A stretch of DNA of 64,000 nucleotides. It comes from Collinsella sp. Its GTDB lineage: Bacteria > Actinomycetota > Coriobacteriia > Coriobacteriales > Coriobacteriaceae. Where the stretch lies: positions 3,740 through 67,739 of the forward strand of contig DXZU01000026.1 in the NCBI GenBank assembly GCA_019419525.1, in the 5' to 3' direction. How positions within the stretch are numbered: the stretch's first letter is position 1; each line of letters starts with the position of its first letter. The translations under genes were made by a program, and so were the position numbers. This document shows, piece after piece, positions 28,767 to 38,295 of this stretch. The notes under the pieces were generated by a model. The model saw nothing but the letters and a program-made list of their open reading frames with translations, ran no database searches and had not been told where the DNA came from.

Positions 28767-31700
28767 ATGAGATTGATTCACAACAGCCGTCTGCCGCAGT
28801 TTCGTACTCCGTTTGGCGCTGTGACCACTGGAACTTCCGTTTCGCTATCGGTGATTTTGGAGGATGCCGACCCCAACCAGGCAACGCTTACCCTGCGTAC
28901 CTGGGTCGATGAAATCGGTGAGTCTCTGTATCCCATGACGCACGAGGGCGACGGCATATTTACCGTAGAGCTTGAGTGCACCGAGCCCTGTCTTATTTGG
29001 TACAGCTTTATCTGCAACATCGAGGGCCAGCCCGAGGTCCGCTTGGGTGCACCGCAGGGTCGCACCGGTGGCGAGGGTGTGACCTACGATTACGCCGAGG
29101 TCCCGTCGTTCCAGATTACCGTCTACAAGCATCGCGAGAACCGTCCCACCTGGTACGAGCGGGGCATGGTCTACCAGATCTTCCCCGACCGCTATGCCCG
29201 CGACGAAAACTGGCGCGAGCGAACGCTGGCCGAAGTTGAAAAACCGCGCAACGGAATCCAGCGCCGCATGGTCGAGGACTGGAACGAACCGCCCGAGTAC
29301 GAGCGTGCCGAAGACGGCTCCATCAAGACCTGGGATTTTTACGGCGGCTCGCTCAAGGGTATCCAGAATGACCTGCCTCGCATCGCCGAACTGGGCTTTA
29401 CAGCCATCTACCTCAACCCCATTTTTGAAGCCGCGAGCAACCACCGCTACGACACCGCCGATTACACCAAGATCGATCCGATTCTGGGCACCGAGCAGGA
29501 CTTTACTGAGCTGTGCGAGGCGGCCGAGAAGCTGGGCATTTCCATCATTCTGGACGGTGTGTTCAACCACACGGGCGACGATTCGATCTACTTTAACCGC
29601 TACGGCAACTATCCCGGTGTCGGCGCGTGGCAGAGCGAGGACTCTCCGTGGCGTGATGCGTTTTATTTCCACGAGGACGGCTCGTACGACTGCTGGTGGG
29701 GCGTGGGCAATATGCCCGCCATCAATGAGAGCTCCGAACTGGTACGCGAGCGGATTCTGGGCAAGGACGGTATCATCCGCAAATGGCTGCGCGCCGGTGC
29801 CCATGGCTGGCGCCTCGATGTGGCCGACGAGCTTTCCGATGACTTCCTGACCGAGATCAAAAAGGCCGTGCTCGCCGAGAAGCCCGACGCGCTGCTGCTC
29901 GGCGAGGTCTGGGAAGATGCCTCCAACAAGATCAGCTACGGCCATCTGCGTCGCTATCTACAAGGCTCCGAGCTCGACTCGGCCATGGATTACCCCTTCC
30001 GCGACATGGTCATCGGCTTTTTGATGGGCTACAAAAACGCCTACCAAGCAGCCGAGGATATCGAGACCCTGCGCGAGAACTACCCGCGCGAGGCATTATC
30101 CTGCGCGCTCAATCTGCTGTCGAGCCACGACCGCCCGCGCATTATCTCGGTGCTCGGCGGTGGCCCCGACGAGTCGCAGCTGCCCGAGAGTGAGCGCAGC
30201 AAATGGCGCCTGGACGAGAACTCCATGGGCCTGGCCAAGAGCCGCTTTTGGCTGGCGACGCTCATGCAGATGACGTTCCCGGGCGTGCCCTCGATCTATT
30301 ATGGCGATGAGTACGGCCTGGAGGGCCTCACCGATCCGGGCAACCGCCGCACCATGCCGACCAAGGAAAACCTACACGACTTCGATACGTTTGCGATCGT
30401 CAAGAATGCCTCGGCCGTGCGCCGCGCGCTGCCGTTTATGATCGACGGTGAGATCAAGGCCTTCGCGCTCAATGACGAGGTGCTGGCCTACAACCGTACC
30501 GGTAAAGACGGCGAGTCCGCGACCGTCATCATCAACCGCAGCCTGCGCAATTCGCATCGCGTGACGATCCCGGCGCTCGGCGAATGCGCGAGTGACGTGA
30601 TCAGCGGTCACGAGTGTGAGATCCATAACGGTACGGTCACGCTCGATCTGTATCCGCTGGGCTCGTCGATCATCTATCACCATGCCGAGCAGCGCCTGCA
30701 GGAGCCGCTCGATCACGGTGCGGGTGTTGTGTGCCATATCACATCGGTGCCGACCGACGACGGCAAGCCCGGTACGATCGGTGCGCCCACGCGTCGCTTT
30801 ATCGACCATCTGGCCGCCATGGGCATGCGCTACTGGCAGGTTCTCCCCGTCAACCCCACGGACTTCTTCCGCTCCCCATACGCCGGTCCTTCGGCCTTTG
30901 CAGGCAATATCGACCTGCTACCCGAGAGCCACGAGGAGCTGGCCGCCGACTTTGAGACCTGGAAGGCCCGCGGCGGCGAGGATGCCGACCCGCTGTACAC
31001 AGCGTTTAAACATCGCAATGCCGATTGGCTCGAGAAATACTGCGTCTATATGGCCGTCAAAAAGAACTTTGAGGGCGAGTCGCGCCACAATTGGCCGGCA
31101 GATGTCGCTCGCTACAACGAGCATCTAATCGACGACAAGCGCTTCCACAACGAGGCCGAGCTTCAGGCGTACATGCAGTACCGCTTTGACCTGGCCTGGT
31201 GCGAGCTCATGAACTACGCGCACAAGAAGGGTATCGAGGTTATCGGCGACATTCCTATGTACGTGTCCGACGATTCGGCAGACGCGTGGAGCGAACCCGA
31301 GAACTTCTGGCTGTCCGATACCGGCAAGGCGATTGAGATTTCCGGCGCGCCGCCCGACAACTTTGCGCCCGAGGGTCAGGTATGGGGCAACCCGACGTTC
31401 CGCTGGGACCACATGAAGCAGAACGGCTATAGCTGGTGGATGGATCGCCTGCGCCGCGCGTTCTCGCTCTACGACCGCGTGCGTCTGGATCACTTTCTGG
31501 GGTTCCACAGTTACTTTAGTATCCCCGCAGGCAAGGCTTGCGCCGAAGGTCGCTGGTTGGCGGGACCGGGCAAGGACCTGTTCCAGACCGCTTATGACGA
31601 GCTGGGTCCGCTCAACTTTATCGCTGAGGACTTGGGCTATCTGACGCCCGGTGTTCGCGCCATGGCATCGACCTGCGGTTTCCCCGGCATGGACGTGCTG

Positions 31701-32063
31701 GAGTTTAGCGACTACGACGTTCGTTGCGGTGTGCATCCCACGCCCGGCAAGATTCTGTACACCTCGACGCACGACACGTCGACGCTCGCCGGCTGGTGTA
31801 CGCGTTCTTTTGCGGGCGGCGATGAACCGAGCGGTGTTGAGGTGGCGGCCAAGCTGATGAGCGACGCGCTAGCAAGCGACGCTCCCCTGGTGATGATGCC
31901 GCTGCAGGACGTGCTGGGGCTGGGCGACGACGCACGCATGAACGTGCCGGGCGTGGCCACGGGCAACTGGACCTGGCAGGCTGACGAGGCGGACATTGCA
32001 GCCGCCGAGGGCAAAACCGCGCGGCTCCTGCGCAACAACCATAGATTCTGGGGCGAAGCGTGA
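28767..32063 (+). CDS. malQ: Fusion of GH13 (neopullulanase/amylopullulanase-like) and GH77 4-alpha-glucanotransferase
   Basis: GH13: YQIFPDRY, DGVFNH, GWRLDVA, GEVW, SSHD; GH77: WQVLP, GDIPMYV, GAPPD, GQVWGNP, RLDHF, AEDLG, THD, RMNVPG. Confidence 0.9.
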   Translation: MRLIHNSRLPQFRTPFGAVTTGTSVSLSVILEDADPNQATLTLRTWVDEIGESLYPMTHEGDGIFTVELECTEPCLIWYSFICNIEGQPEVRLGAPQGRTGGEGVTYDYAEVPSFQITVYKHRENRPTWYERGMVYQIFPDRYARDENWRERTLAEVEKPRNGIQRRMVEDWNEPPEYERAEDGSIKTWDFYGGSLKGIQNDLPRIAELGFTAIYLNPIFEAASNHRYDTADYTKIDPILGTEQDFTELCEAAEKLGISIILDGVFNHTGDDSIYFNRYGNYPGVGAWQSEDSPWRDAFYFHEDGSYDCWWGVGNMPAINESSELVRERILGKDGIIRKWLRAGAHGWRLDVADELSDDFLTEIKKAVLAEKPDALLLGEVWEDASNKISYGHLRRYLQGSELDSAMDYPFRDMVIGFLMGYKNAYQAAEDIETLRENYPREALSCALNLLSSHDRPRIISVLGGGPDESQLPESERSKWRLDENSMGLAKSRFWLATLMQMTFPGVPSIYYGDEYGLEGLTDPGNRRTMPTKENLHDFDTFAIVKNASAVRRALPFMIDGEIKAFALNDEVLAYNRTGKDGESATVIINRSLRNSHRVTIPALGECASDVISGHECEIHNGTVTLDLYPLGSSIIYHHAEQRLQEPLDHGAGVVCHITSVPTDDGKPGTIGAPTRRFIDHLAAMGMRYWQVLPVNPTDFFRSPYAGPSAFAGNIDLLPESHEELAADFETWKARGGEDADPLYTAFKHRNADWLEKYCVYMAVKKNFEGESRHNWPADVARYNEHLIDDKRFHNEAELQAYMQYRFDLAWCELMNYAHKKGIEVIGDIPMYVSDDSADAWSEPENFWLSDTGKAIEISGAPPDNFAPEGQVWGNPTFRWDHMKQNGYSWWMDRLRRAFSLYDRVRLDHFLGFHSYFSIPAGKACAEGRWLAGPGKDLFQTAYDELGPLNFIAEDLGYLTPGVRAMASTCGFPGMDVLEFSDYDVRCGVHPTPGKILYTSTHDTSTLAGWCTRSFAGGDEPSGVEVAAKLMSDALASDAPLVMMPLQDVLGLGDDARMNVPGVATGNWTWQADEADIAAAEGKTARLLRNNHRFWGEA

Positions 32064-32152
32064 TAAAACCCCCGATATAGGGTACAGTTACAGACGTTTG
32101 AATTTTTGCGGGCAGAGTAATCTGCCCGCTTTGTGCTGAAAAGGAAGTATTT

Positions 32153-32389
32153 ATGGCGCGCTACGATTACAAGTGCTCGAGCTGCGGCAACGTGTTTGAG
32201 GTTGAGCATCCCATGTCCGAGACCCCCGAGGTCGTGTGCCCCAGCTGCGGTGCCCCGGCGGCCAAGACGTTCTCAGCCAGCGGCATAAAATTTGAGGGCA
32301 GCGGTTTCTACAACACCGACCAGCGAAGCGGCGGCTCCAGCACCAGCGCCACGAGCGGCTGCTGCGCCAACTGCCCGCACAGCCACTAG
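32153..32389 (+). CDS. FmdB-family zinc-ribbon protein
   Basis: YDYKCSSCG..FE, CPSCG, FEGSGFY.TD motifs. Confidence 0.88.
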   Translation: MARYDYKCSSCGNVFEVEHPMSETPEVVCPSCGAPAAKTFSASGIKFEGSGFYNTDQRSGGSSTSATSGCCANCPHSH

Positions 32390-32477
32390 AAACAACGCGG
32401 CCCCGCGATCAACGCCGATCGCGGGGCTATTTCTTTGCTCTATGGGTAGCTAATCAAGCTACCCAGGTTTCCTTGTG

Positions 32478-32544
32478 AGTTGCGGTGAAATAAGGACTGT
32501 TTGGCGGACAGAAGCGGCTTTTCAATCCCTATTTCACCGCAACT
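32478..32544. repeat. Palindromic REP/MITE-like element, copy 1
   Basis: AGTTGCGGTGAAATA...TATTTCACCGCAACT; same arms at 48686-48754. Confidence 0.7.
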
Positions 32545-32550
32545 TAGTCG

Positions 32551-33951
32551 TTACTTGTGGACCAGCCTGGCGCAGAAGTGGCCGTCGTAGGAATCGGCGT
32601 TTACCGGCACGCTTTGGAAGAGGCCTCGATCGTTCTGGCGTACGGAAACGAGCTTCTTGGCCTGATCGAACTCGGGGAGTTGCAGAATCTGCGCTTCGGA
32701 AAGCGGCGCCACGCTAAAGCCGGTGCCCTCGGGAGAGTTCAGGAAAGCATCCACCACCTGCGTGTTCTCCTCGTCGAAGACCGAGCACGTCGCATAGATG
32801 AGCTCGCCGCCGGCAGCCACGCGCGCGGCGGCTTCCTTGAGCATCGTCAGCTGCAGTTTGGGCAGCTCAATCGCCACATCCTTTTCGGTCAGTCGCCACG
32901 GGATCTCGGGATGACGGCGCATAGTGCCGGTGCCCGAGCACGGCGCATCGATAAAAACCGTGTCGAACTTAACTGGCTCGCCAAGCATGGCATCAAACGA
33001 TGTGAGCACCTCATCAAGCTCGCAGGCATCACCCGAAACCGTACGAACGCCCTGAATACCGGCCTTATGCAGGCGAGCGAGATTCAGATCGCACTTGCGA
33101 TCATGCAGATCGAGCGCCGTATGCTGACGGTCGTAGCCGGCACGCTTAGCCTGGCACATCATCACATACGTCTTGGTACCACGACCGGCGCCAATCTCTA
33201 GGCAGCGCCCGGGACGAGTAGCCGCAGTAGCGATAAGCTGAGCGTTAAGGTCCGAGGCCACGGCAGCCGCGCGCTCAAACACACCCGACGCAACCGTGGC
33301 CTGAGCATCAACCGGCGCATGGCAGCCCGGGAACACAGGCGCAACAAGCTGCGATAGGTACGGATCAGGTTTGGTCGCAAAGGCATTCTCGTGCAAGGCA
33401 AGCGGCGCGGGCGCCAGATTGCCGGCAAAGTTGAGCGCGCCCTCGGGCATATCGAACGATGCCATAATGCGGGCGCACAGCCAGCGAGGAAGACCCATCA
33501 GGCGAGACAGGCGAACCAAACGGCGCTCGGATTCACCGGCATCCACGGCGGTGGCAAAGGCCTCGACGTTGTCCGCAACCTTGTGCAGCACCGCGTTAGC
33601 CAGGCCCGCGGCAGACTTAGCACCGCTGCGCACCAGCTCAACGCCCTGACTCACGGCAACGCGACCTGGAGTATGCAGGTAGAGCATCTCGAAGGCCGAG
33701 ATGCGAAGCGCCATGCGAACACGCGGCGCGACCTTTTTGGGATTATCGAGAAACTGATCGAGCAGCTCGTCCAAAATGCCCTGCGTCGCGGCAACACCCA
33801 GTGCCAGGCGAGCGGCAAACGCGGAATCGCGCTGGTCGATGGCCTTGGCCGTAGCACGAGCAGAGAGCACATCACGCGCATACATGCCGCGACGGTCGGC
33901 CTCCATCAGCACATCGAGCGCAAGCTTACGCGCGGGGGAAAGCTTACTCAT
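32551..33951 (-). CDS. rsmB: RsmB/Sun-like RNA m5C methyltransferase with NusB-like N-terminal domain
   Basis: IDAPCSGTG..RRHPE, YATCS...EEN, DGHFCA motifs; ATGA overlap with fmt. Confidence 0.85.
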   Translation of the reverse strand: MSKLSPARKLALDVLMEADRRGMYARDVLSARATAKAIDQRDSAFAARLALGVAATQGILDELLDQFLDNPKKVAPRVRMALRISAFEMLYLHTPGRVAVSQGVELVRSGAKSAAGLANAVLHKVADNVEAFATAVDAGESERRLVRLSRLMGLPRWLCARIMASFDMPEGALNFAGNLAPAPLALHENAFATKPDPYLSQLVAPVFPGCHAPVDAQATVASGVFERAAAVASDLNAQLIATAATRPGRCLEIGAGRGTKTYVMMCQAKRAGYDRQHTALDLHDRKCDLNLARLHKAGIQGVRTVSGDACELDEVLTSFDAMLGEPVKFDTVFIDAPCSGTGTMRRHPEIPWRLTEKDVAIELPKLQLTMLKEAAARVAAGGELIYATCSVFDEENTQVVDAFLNSPEGTGFSVAPLSEAQILQLPEFDQAKKLVSVRQNDRGLFQSVPVNADSYDGHFCARLVHK

Positions 33952-34868
33952 GACAAAACACCCCACGTCAGATCGGCACCCTGCAGGCCGGCAGCCCAGG
34001 CAGAAGCAGCCATAGCACGCTTGCCGTCGGGCTTAACCTCGAGCAGCTCAACCGCCCCATCAGAAAGCCCAAGGTAGACACGCTTAGACTGAACAAGAAC
34101 GCAGCCGGCGGCAAGTGACACGTCGGCAGGCGCGGCATCGAGCACACGCACGGTCTTGCCGGCAATCACACAACGGGCGGGAGCGGTATCGGACGAAGCC
34201 CAAACGTGACGCACGCAATCGAGCGCCGTCATCTGCGGATCCAAACGCATCTCCTGCTTGGAAATCTTGGCAGCATGCGTGACAAGGGACTCATCCTGCT
34301 CGGTCCACACGGCCGTGTCATCGGCAAGCGACGGCAGCGTATCGGCCAGCAGCTTACCGCCCAGCTCGCCAAGCTCCATAGTCAGCGCCTCGGCATGCTT
34401 ACCCGCAACCGAGGTCGAGACCTGCGCGCAATAAGCGCCCGTATCCACGCCATGCCCAATGCGCATAATGGAAACGCCAGCAACCTCGTCACCAGCAAGA
34501 ATGGCACGCTGAATGGGAGCAGCGCCACGCCAACGCGGCAGCAGCGAAGCGTGAACATTCACAATGCCGAGCGGCGCCATATGCAACACCTCATCGGGCA
34601 GAATGCAGCCATAGGCAGCCACACAGAAAATATCCGCCTGGGCAGCCTGAAGCGCCTCAACAACCTCAGGCGTCATACGATTAGCCTCAACAACAGGCAG
34701 ACCAAGCTCGAGAGCCTTGGCCTTAACAGGAGACGGCTCCAGCTTTTTACCACGCCCACGAACAGCATCGGGACGAGTAACAACAAGCGCAATCTCATTC
34801 CCAGCCTCAACAAGCGAGATCAGCGAGGGCACAGCAAAATCAGGCGTGCCCATAAACACAATACGCAT
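33948..34868 (-). CDS. fmt: Methionyl-tRNA formyltransferase
   Basis: MRIVFMGTPDFA, NVHASLLPRWRGAAPI, DTG motifs. Confidence 0.96.
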   Translation of the reverse strand: MRIVFMGTPDFAVPSLISLVEAGNEIALVVTRPDAVRGRGKKLEPSPVKAKALELGLPVVEANRMTPEVVEALQAAQADIFCVAAYGCILPDEVLHMAPLGIVNVHASLLPRWRGAAPIQRAILAGDEVAGVSIMRIGHGVDTGAYCAQVSTSVAGKHAEALTMELGELGGKLLADTLPSLADDTAVWTEQDESLVTHAAKISKQEMRLDPQMTALDCVRHVWASSDTAPARCVIAGKTVRVLDAAPADVSLAAGCVLVQSKRVYLGLSDGAVELLEVKPDGKRAMAASAWAAGLQGADLTWGVLS

Positions 34869-35087
34869 AAAGAACGTCTCCCCTCAACCAAAGCCGAGAC
34901 GGCTACAAATAACAGCGGAAAGCCAAGTACCCAGCCCATCCGCAAGAACATTTCAACAAGAACAAATATACCCAAAACCAAAGAAAGAGCCGCAATAAAA
35001 GCAGCTCCCTCTCAACAAAGCAATTATCAGCGAAGACGCCCTTCCCTGGCACGACGGCACCCGGGCGAACCGGGCCATAACAACGCA

Positions 35088-35189
35088 GTCCCCGGTGCTG
35101 AGCGCCCACATATCATCCCGCGCGCAGTTTCGCAGCAAAGCGAGAATGTTTGAGCACGGGATGATATGTGGGCGCTCAGCACCGGGGAC
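35088..35189. repeat. Perfect 33-bp inverted repeat (REPIN-like) between def and fmt
   Basis: GTCCCCGGTGCTGAGCGCCCACATATCATCCCG (35088-35120) and its exact reverse complement (35157-35189). Confidence 0.85.
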
Positions 35190-35197
35190 GGTGGGAT

Positions 35198-35734
35198 CTA
35201 CTCAGTCTCGCCCGGTCGAGCGCCGCGGGCCAGGGCGTCCTGATACTCCTTGACGGCCTTGATGCGCTGCATCGGCTTCAGTCGCTCGAACATGGTGTTG
35301 CCGTGCAAGTGATCGATCTCGTGCTGCAGGCACACGCAGAACAGATCGCCCGATGCCTCGTAGCGAATCAGGTTGGCATCCAGGTCATACGCCTCGACGA
35401 CGACATGATCGGGACGCTCGATCTCGCAGCTAATGCCGGGGATGGAAAGGCAGCCCTCGCTAAACGGCACCAGATGGTCGCTCTGCTCAACAATGACGGG
35501 GTTGATGAGCACGTACGGGTCATAGTCGTTCTTGTCGCTGTAGTCGCAGTCGATGGTGACAAGCTGAATGAGCTCGCCGATCTGCGGGGCGGCCAGGCCG
35601 CAACCGCCGTTGTCGAACATCATCTTCTTCATCTTCTCGGCAAGCGCCTCGATCGCCGGGGTGATCTCCTCGATGACGGCGCACTCCTGGCGTAGGCGAG
35701 GGTCGGGCGACAGTACGATTCCGTTGGCTTCCAT
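35198..35734 (-). CDS. def: Peptide deformylase
   Basis: GCGLAAPQ, EGCLS, QHEIDH motifs. Confidence 0.96.
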   Translation of the reverse strand: MEANGIVLSPDPRLRQECAVIEEITPAIEALAEKMKKMMFDNGGCGLAAPQIGELIQLVTIDCDYSDKNDYDPYVLINPVIVEQSDHLVPFSEGCLSIPGISCEIERPDHVVVEAYDLDANLIRYEASGDLFCVCLQHEIDHLHGNTMFERLKPMQRIKAVKEYQDALARGARPGETE

Positions 35735-35752
35735 GGCCATCCTTTCGGGTTG

Positions 35753-38206
35753 TTACATCAAATCATAGGCGTCGACGTCAACACTCACGCTCACGCCGCG
35801 CACGGAGCCCGCCTCTTTGAGGCAGGCATCGATATCATCAGAGACATGGTACCCTACCGGCGACTTCACAAGCAGATGGAAGCGGTAACGGTCCTTAGCT
35901 CTCTCGATTACACACGAAGCCGGGCCCAGCACCTGCGGCACCGCGCTCCCCGCCCGTAAAAAGTCGGGCGCGGCCGCATGCCAGCGGCGCTTGAGCAGCT
36001 TTGCGATGCGGCCGATGTAGTCCCGCGCGTCATCCGCGTTCGACGACCATACCAAGATGTTGACCAGGCGCACGAAGGGCGGATACAGCGCGTCGCGGCG
36101 CTGGCCCAGGTCGTAGTCGGTAAAGATTGAACGGTCGTGCTCGGCAACGGCGCGAATGACCGGGTCCTCGGGCAAGTAGGTCTGGATGATCACCTCGCCG
36201 GGACGATCGCCGCGACCGGCACGGCCTGCAACCTGTTCCAGCAGGTCGTAGGCGCGCTCCCCTGCGCGGAAGTCCGGCAGCTTGAGGGCAAAGTCGGCAT
36301 TGACCACGCCCACGAGCGTGACCTCGGGAAAGTCGAGGCCCTTTGCGATCATTTGGGTGCCCAGCAGCACCGCGCAGTCGGCAGCATCGAACTGCTCGAG
36401 CAGCTTTTTGTGCGCATCCTTGCCGCGCGTGGAATCGGCATCCATGCGAATAATGGCGACATCCTCGGGAAGCATCTGGTGCAGTGCGTCCTCAATCTGC
36501 TGCGTGCCCAGGCCCATTTTTGCCAGGTAGCGACTGCCACATTTGGGGCAACGGCTCGTGGGCGCGGGATACGGCTGCACACGCCAAGACGAACCGCAGG
36601 TGTGGCACTGCAGCGTGTGCGTGCGCTCGTGATACGTAAGCGCGGTGGAGCAGTGGTTGCAGGTGGGGACGCAGCCGCACTCGCGGCACATCAGGAACGG
36701 CGCAAAGCCACGGCGGTTATGCAGCAGCACGGCCTTCTCGCGGCGCTCGACCACACGCTCCAAGCCCTCCATCAAGGGTTTTGAGAACATGGAGCGGCTG
36801 CCGTGCGAGAACTCCCGGCGCAGGTCTGCAATACGGACCGTGGGCAGCACGGCGTGTCCCGGGCGCTCGGGCATCTCGACGCGCGTCCAGGTGGCACCGT
36901 TATACGTGCCACGGCGGCAGCGGTCGAGGGCCTCAGCAGAAGGCGTGGCCGAGCCCAGCACGAGCGGGCAGCGATAGCGACGCGCCATCTCGGCCGCCAC
37001 TTCGCGCGCATGGTAGCGCGGGCTGGAACCCTGCTTGTAACTGGTCTCGTGCTCCTCGTCGATGATGATGAGGCCCGGGTCGCTGAGCGGGCAAAAGAGC
37101 GCCGAGCGGGCGCCGACGACCACGCGGGCCGCACCGCTGGCAACCATATCCCACTGGTCCAGGCGCTCGCCCGCAGAAAGACGCGAATGGAACACGGCGA
37201 CCGTCTCGCCAAAGCGCGAGCGGAAGCGGCCGACAGTCTGGGCCGTCAGCGAGATCTCGGGCACCAGCACGCAGGCCGAACGGCCGGCCGCCAGCACGCG
37301 CTCAATCGCCGAGAGGTAAACCTCGGTTTTGCCGGAGCCGGTGACGCCGTCGACCAACACCACGTCGCCATGAGCGTCCAGACGAGCGCGCTCAATCTGC
37401 GCGAGCGCCTGCTGCTGGCCGTTCGTGAGCGCGACTGGTGCCTTACCGCTTGCCGAGGACAGCGTGGTCTGCTCGCTGCAGCCACGCCAGGCGCGACGCT
37501 CCTCCACCACGACGACACCACGTTTTTCGAGCGCCTTGATGGTCGCCGACATGCTGTTGTAGAGCAGGTTGAGGTCGCGCGTTGTGACCGGGCCGCACTG
37601 TAGTGCCTCGATGAGCTGACGCTGGCGGACCGCCGTTTTGGGAGGCGTATAGTCGAAGCCCTCGGGCGTGAGCATGACCCAGCGGTTTTGGATGGGTTTG
37701 ACGGCGGGGCGCTCAACGGCCCACACGCCGTCGTCGCCCTTGACCACGCGCGGGCTTCCGCCCGGAGGCAAGAACAGGCGCAGGCACTCGGAAAGCGTCG
37801 CAACATACTCGCGGCTAATCCAACGTGCAATACGGGCGGACTCGGCGCCAAAGAGCGGTTTGCTGAGGATGGTCTCGATGGGCTTGATGCGCGCGGTGTC
37901 GAGGGTAATGTTGCCTTGCAAGTCGCCCAGTTCGGGCGCAATATCGACGATATAGCCTGCGGCGGCACGGTTGCCAAAGTGGACCAGAACCGTCGATCCG
38001 ACCTGGGCCTCGCTCGCAAGGGACTCAGGAATGCCGTAAGCAAACGGTTCGGACAGCGCACGGGTGGGGATGTCGAGAACCACGCTCGTGTAGGCGGCAA
38101 TGGGCTCAGGTGAAGGCTCGGGCTTGGCCAGGGCAGCACCGGATGCCGGCGCCGCCGGAGTCTCCTCCGGATCCGGCGAACCAAACAGCGAAAGTTGCTC
38201 GGCCAT
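35753..38206 (-). CDS. priA: Primosomal protein N' (replication restart helicase)
   Basis: GVTGSGKTEVY, IIDEEH, SATPS, Cys-rich region, GTQMIAKGLDF, QVAGRAGR. Confidence 0.96.
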   Translation of the reverse strand: MAEQLSLFGSPDPEETPAAPASGAALAKPEPSPEPIAAYTSVVLDIPTRALSEPFAYGIPESLASEAQVGSTVLVHFGNRAAAGYIVDIAPELGDLQGNITLDTARIKPIETILSKPLFGAESARIARWISREYVATLSECLRLFLPPGGSPRVVKGDDGVWAVERPAVKPIQNRWVMLTPEGFDYTPPKTAVRQRQLIEALQCGPVTTRDLNLLYNSMSATIKALEKRGVVVVEERRAWRGCSEQTTLSSASGKAPVALTNGQQQALAQIERARLDAHGDVVLVDGVTGSGKTEVYLSAIERVLAAGRSACVLVPEISLTAQTVGRFRSRFGETVAVFHSRLSAGERLDQWDMVASGAARVVVGARSALFCPLSDPGLIIIDEEHETSYKQGSSPRYHAREVAAEMARRYRCPLVLGSATPSAEALDRCRRGTYNGATWTRVEMPERPGHAVLPTVRIADLRREFSHGSRSMFSKPLMEGLERVVERREKAVLLHNRRGFAPFLMCRECGCVPTCNHCSTALTYHERTHTLQCHTCGSSWRVQPYPAPTSRCPKCGSRYLAKMGLGTQQIEDALHQMLPEDVAIIRMDADSTRGKDAHKKLLEQFDAADCAVLLGTQMIAKGLDFPEVTLVGVVNADFALKLPDFRAGERAYDLLEQVAGRAGRGDRPGEVIIQTYLPEDPVIRAVAEHDRSIFTDYDLGQRRDALYPPFVRLVNILVWSSNADDARDYIGRIAKLLKRRWHAAAPDFLRAGSAVPQVLGPASCVIERAKDRYRFHLLVKSPVGYHVSDDIDACLKEAGSVRGVSVSVDVDAYDLM

Positions 38207-38295
38207 GGCCCCAGCACCTCCCATCCCATTCGTCTACAGAAACAAGAACCCCGCTCAGGGTGAACGGGGCTCGGATACAAACGTTTGCGCAGCGA

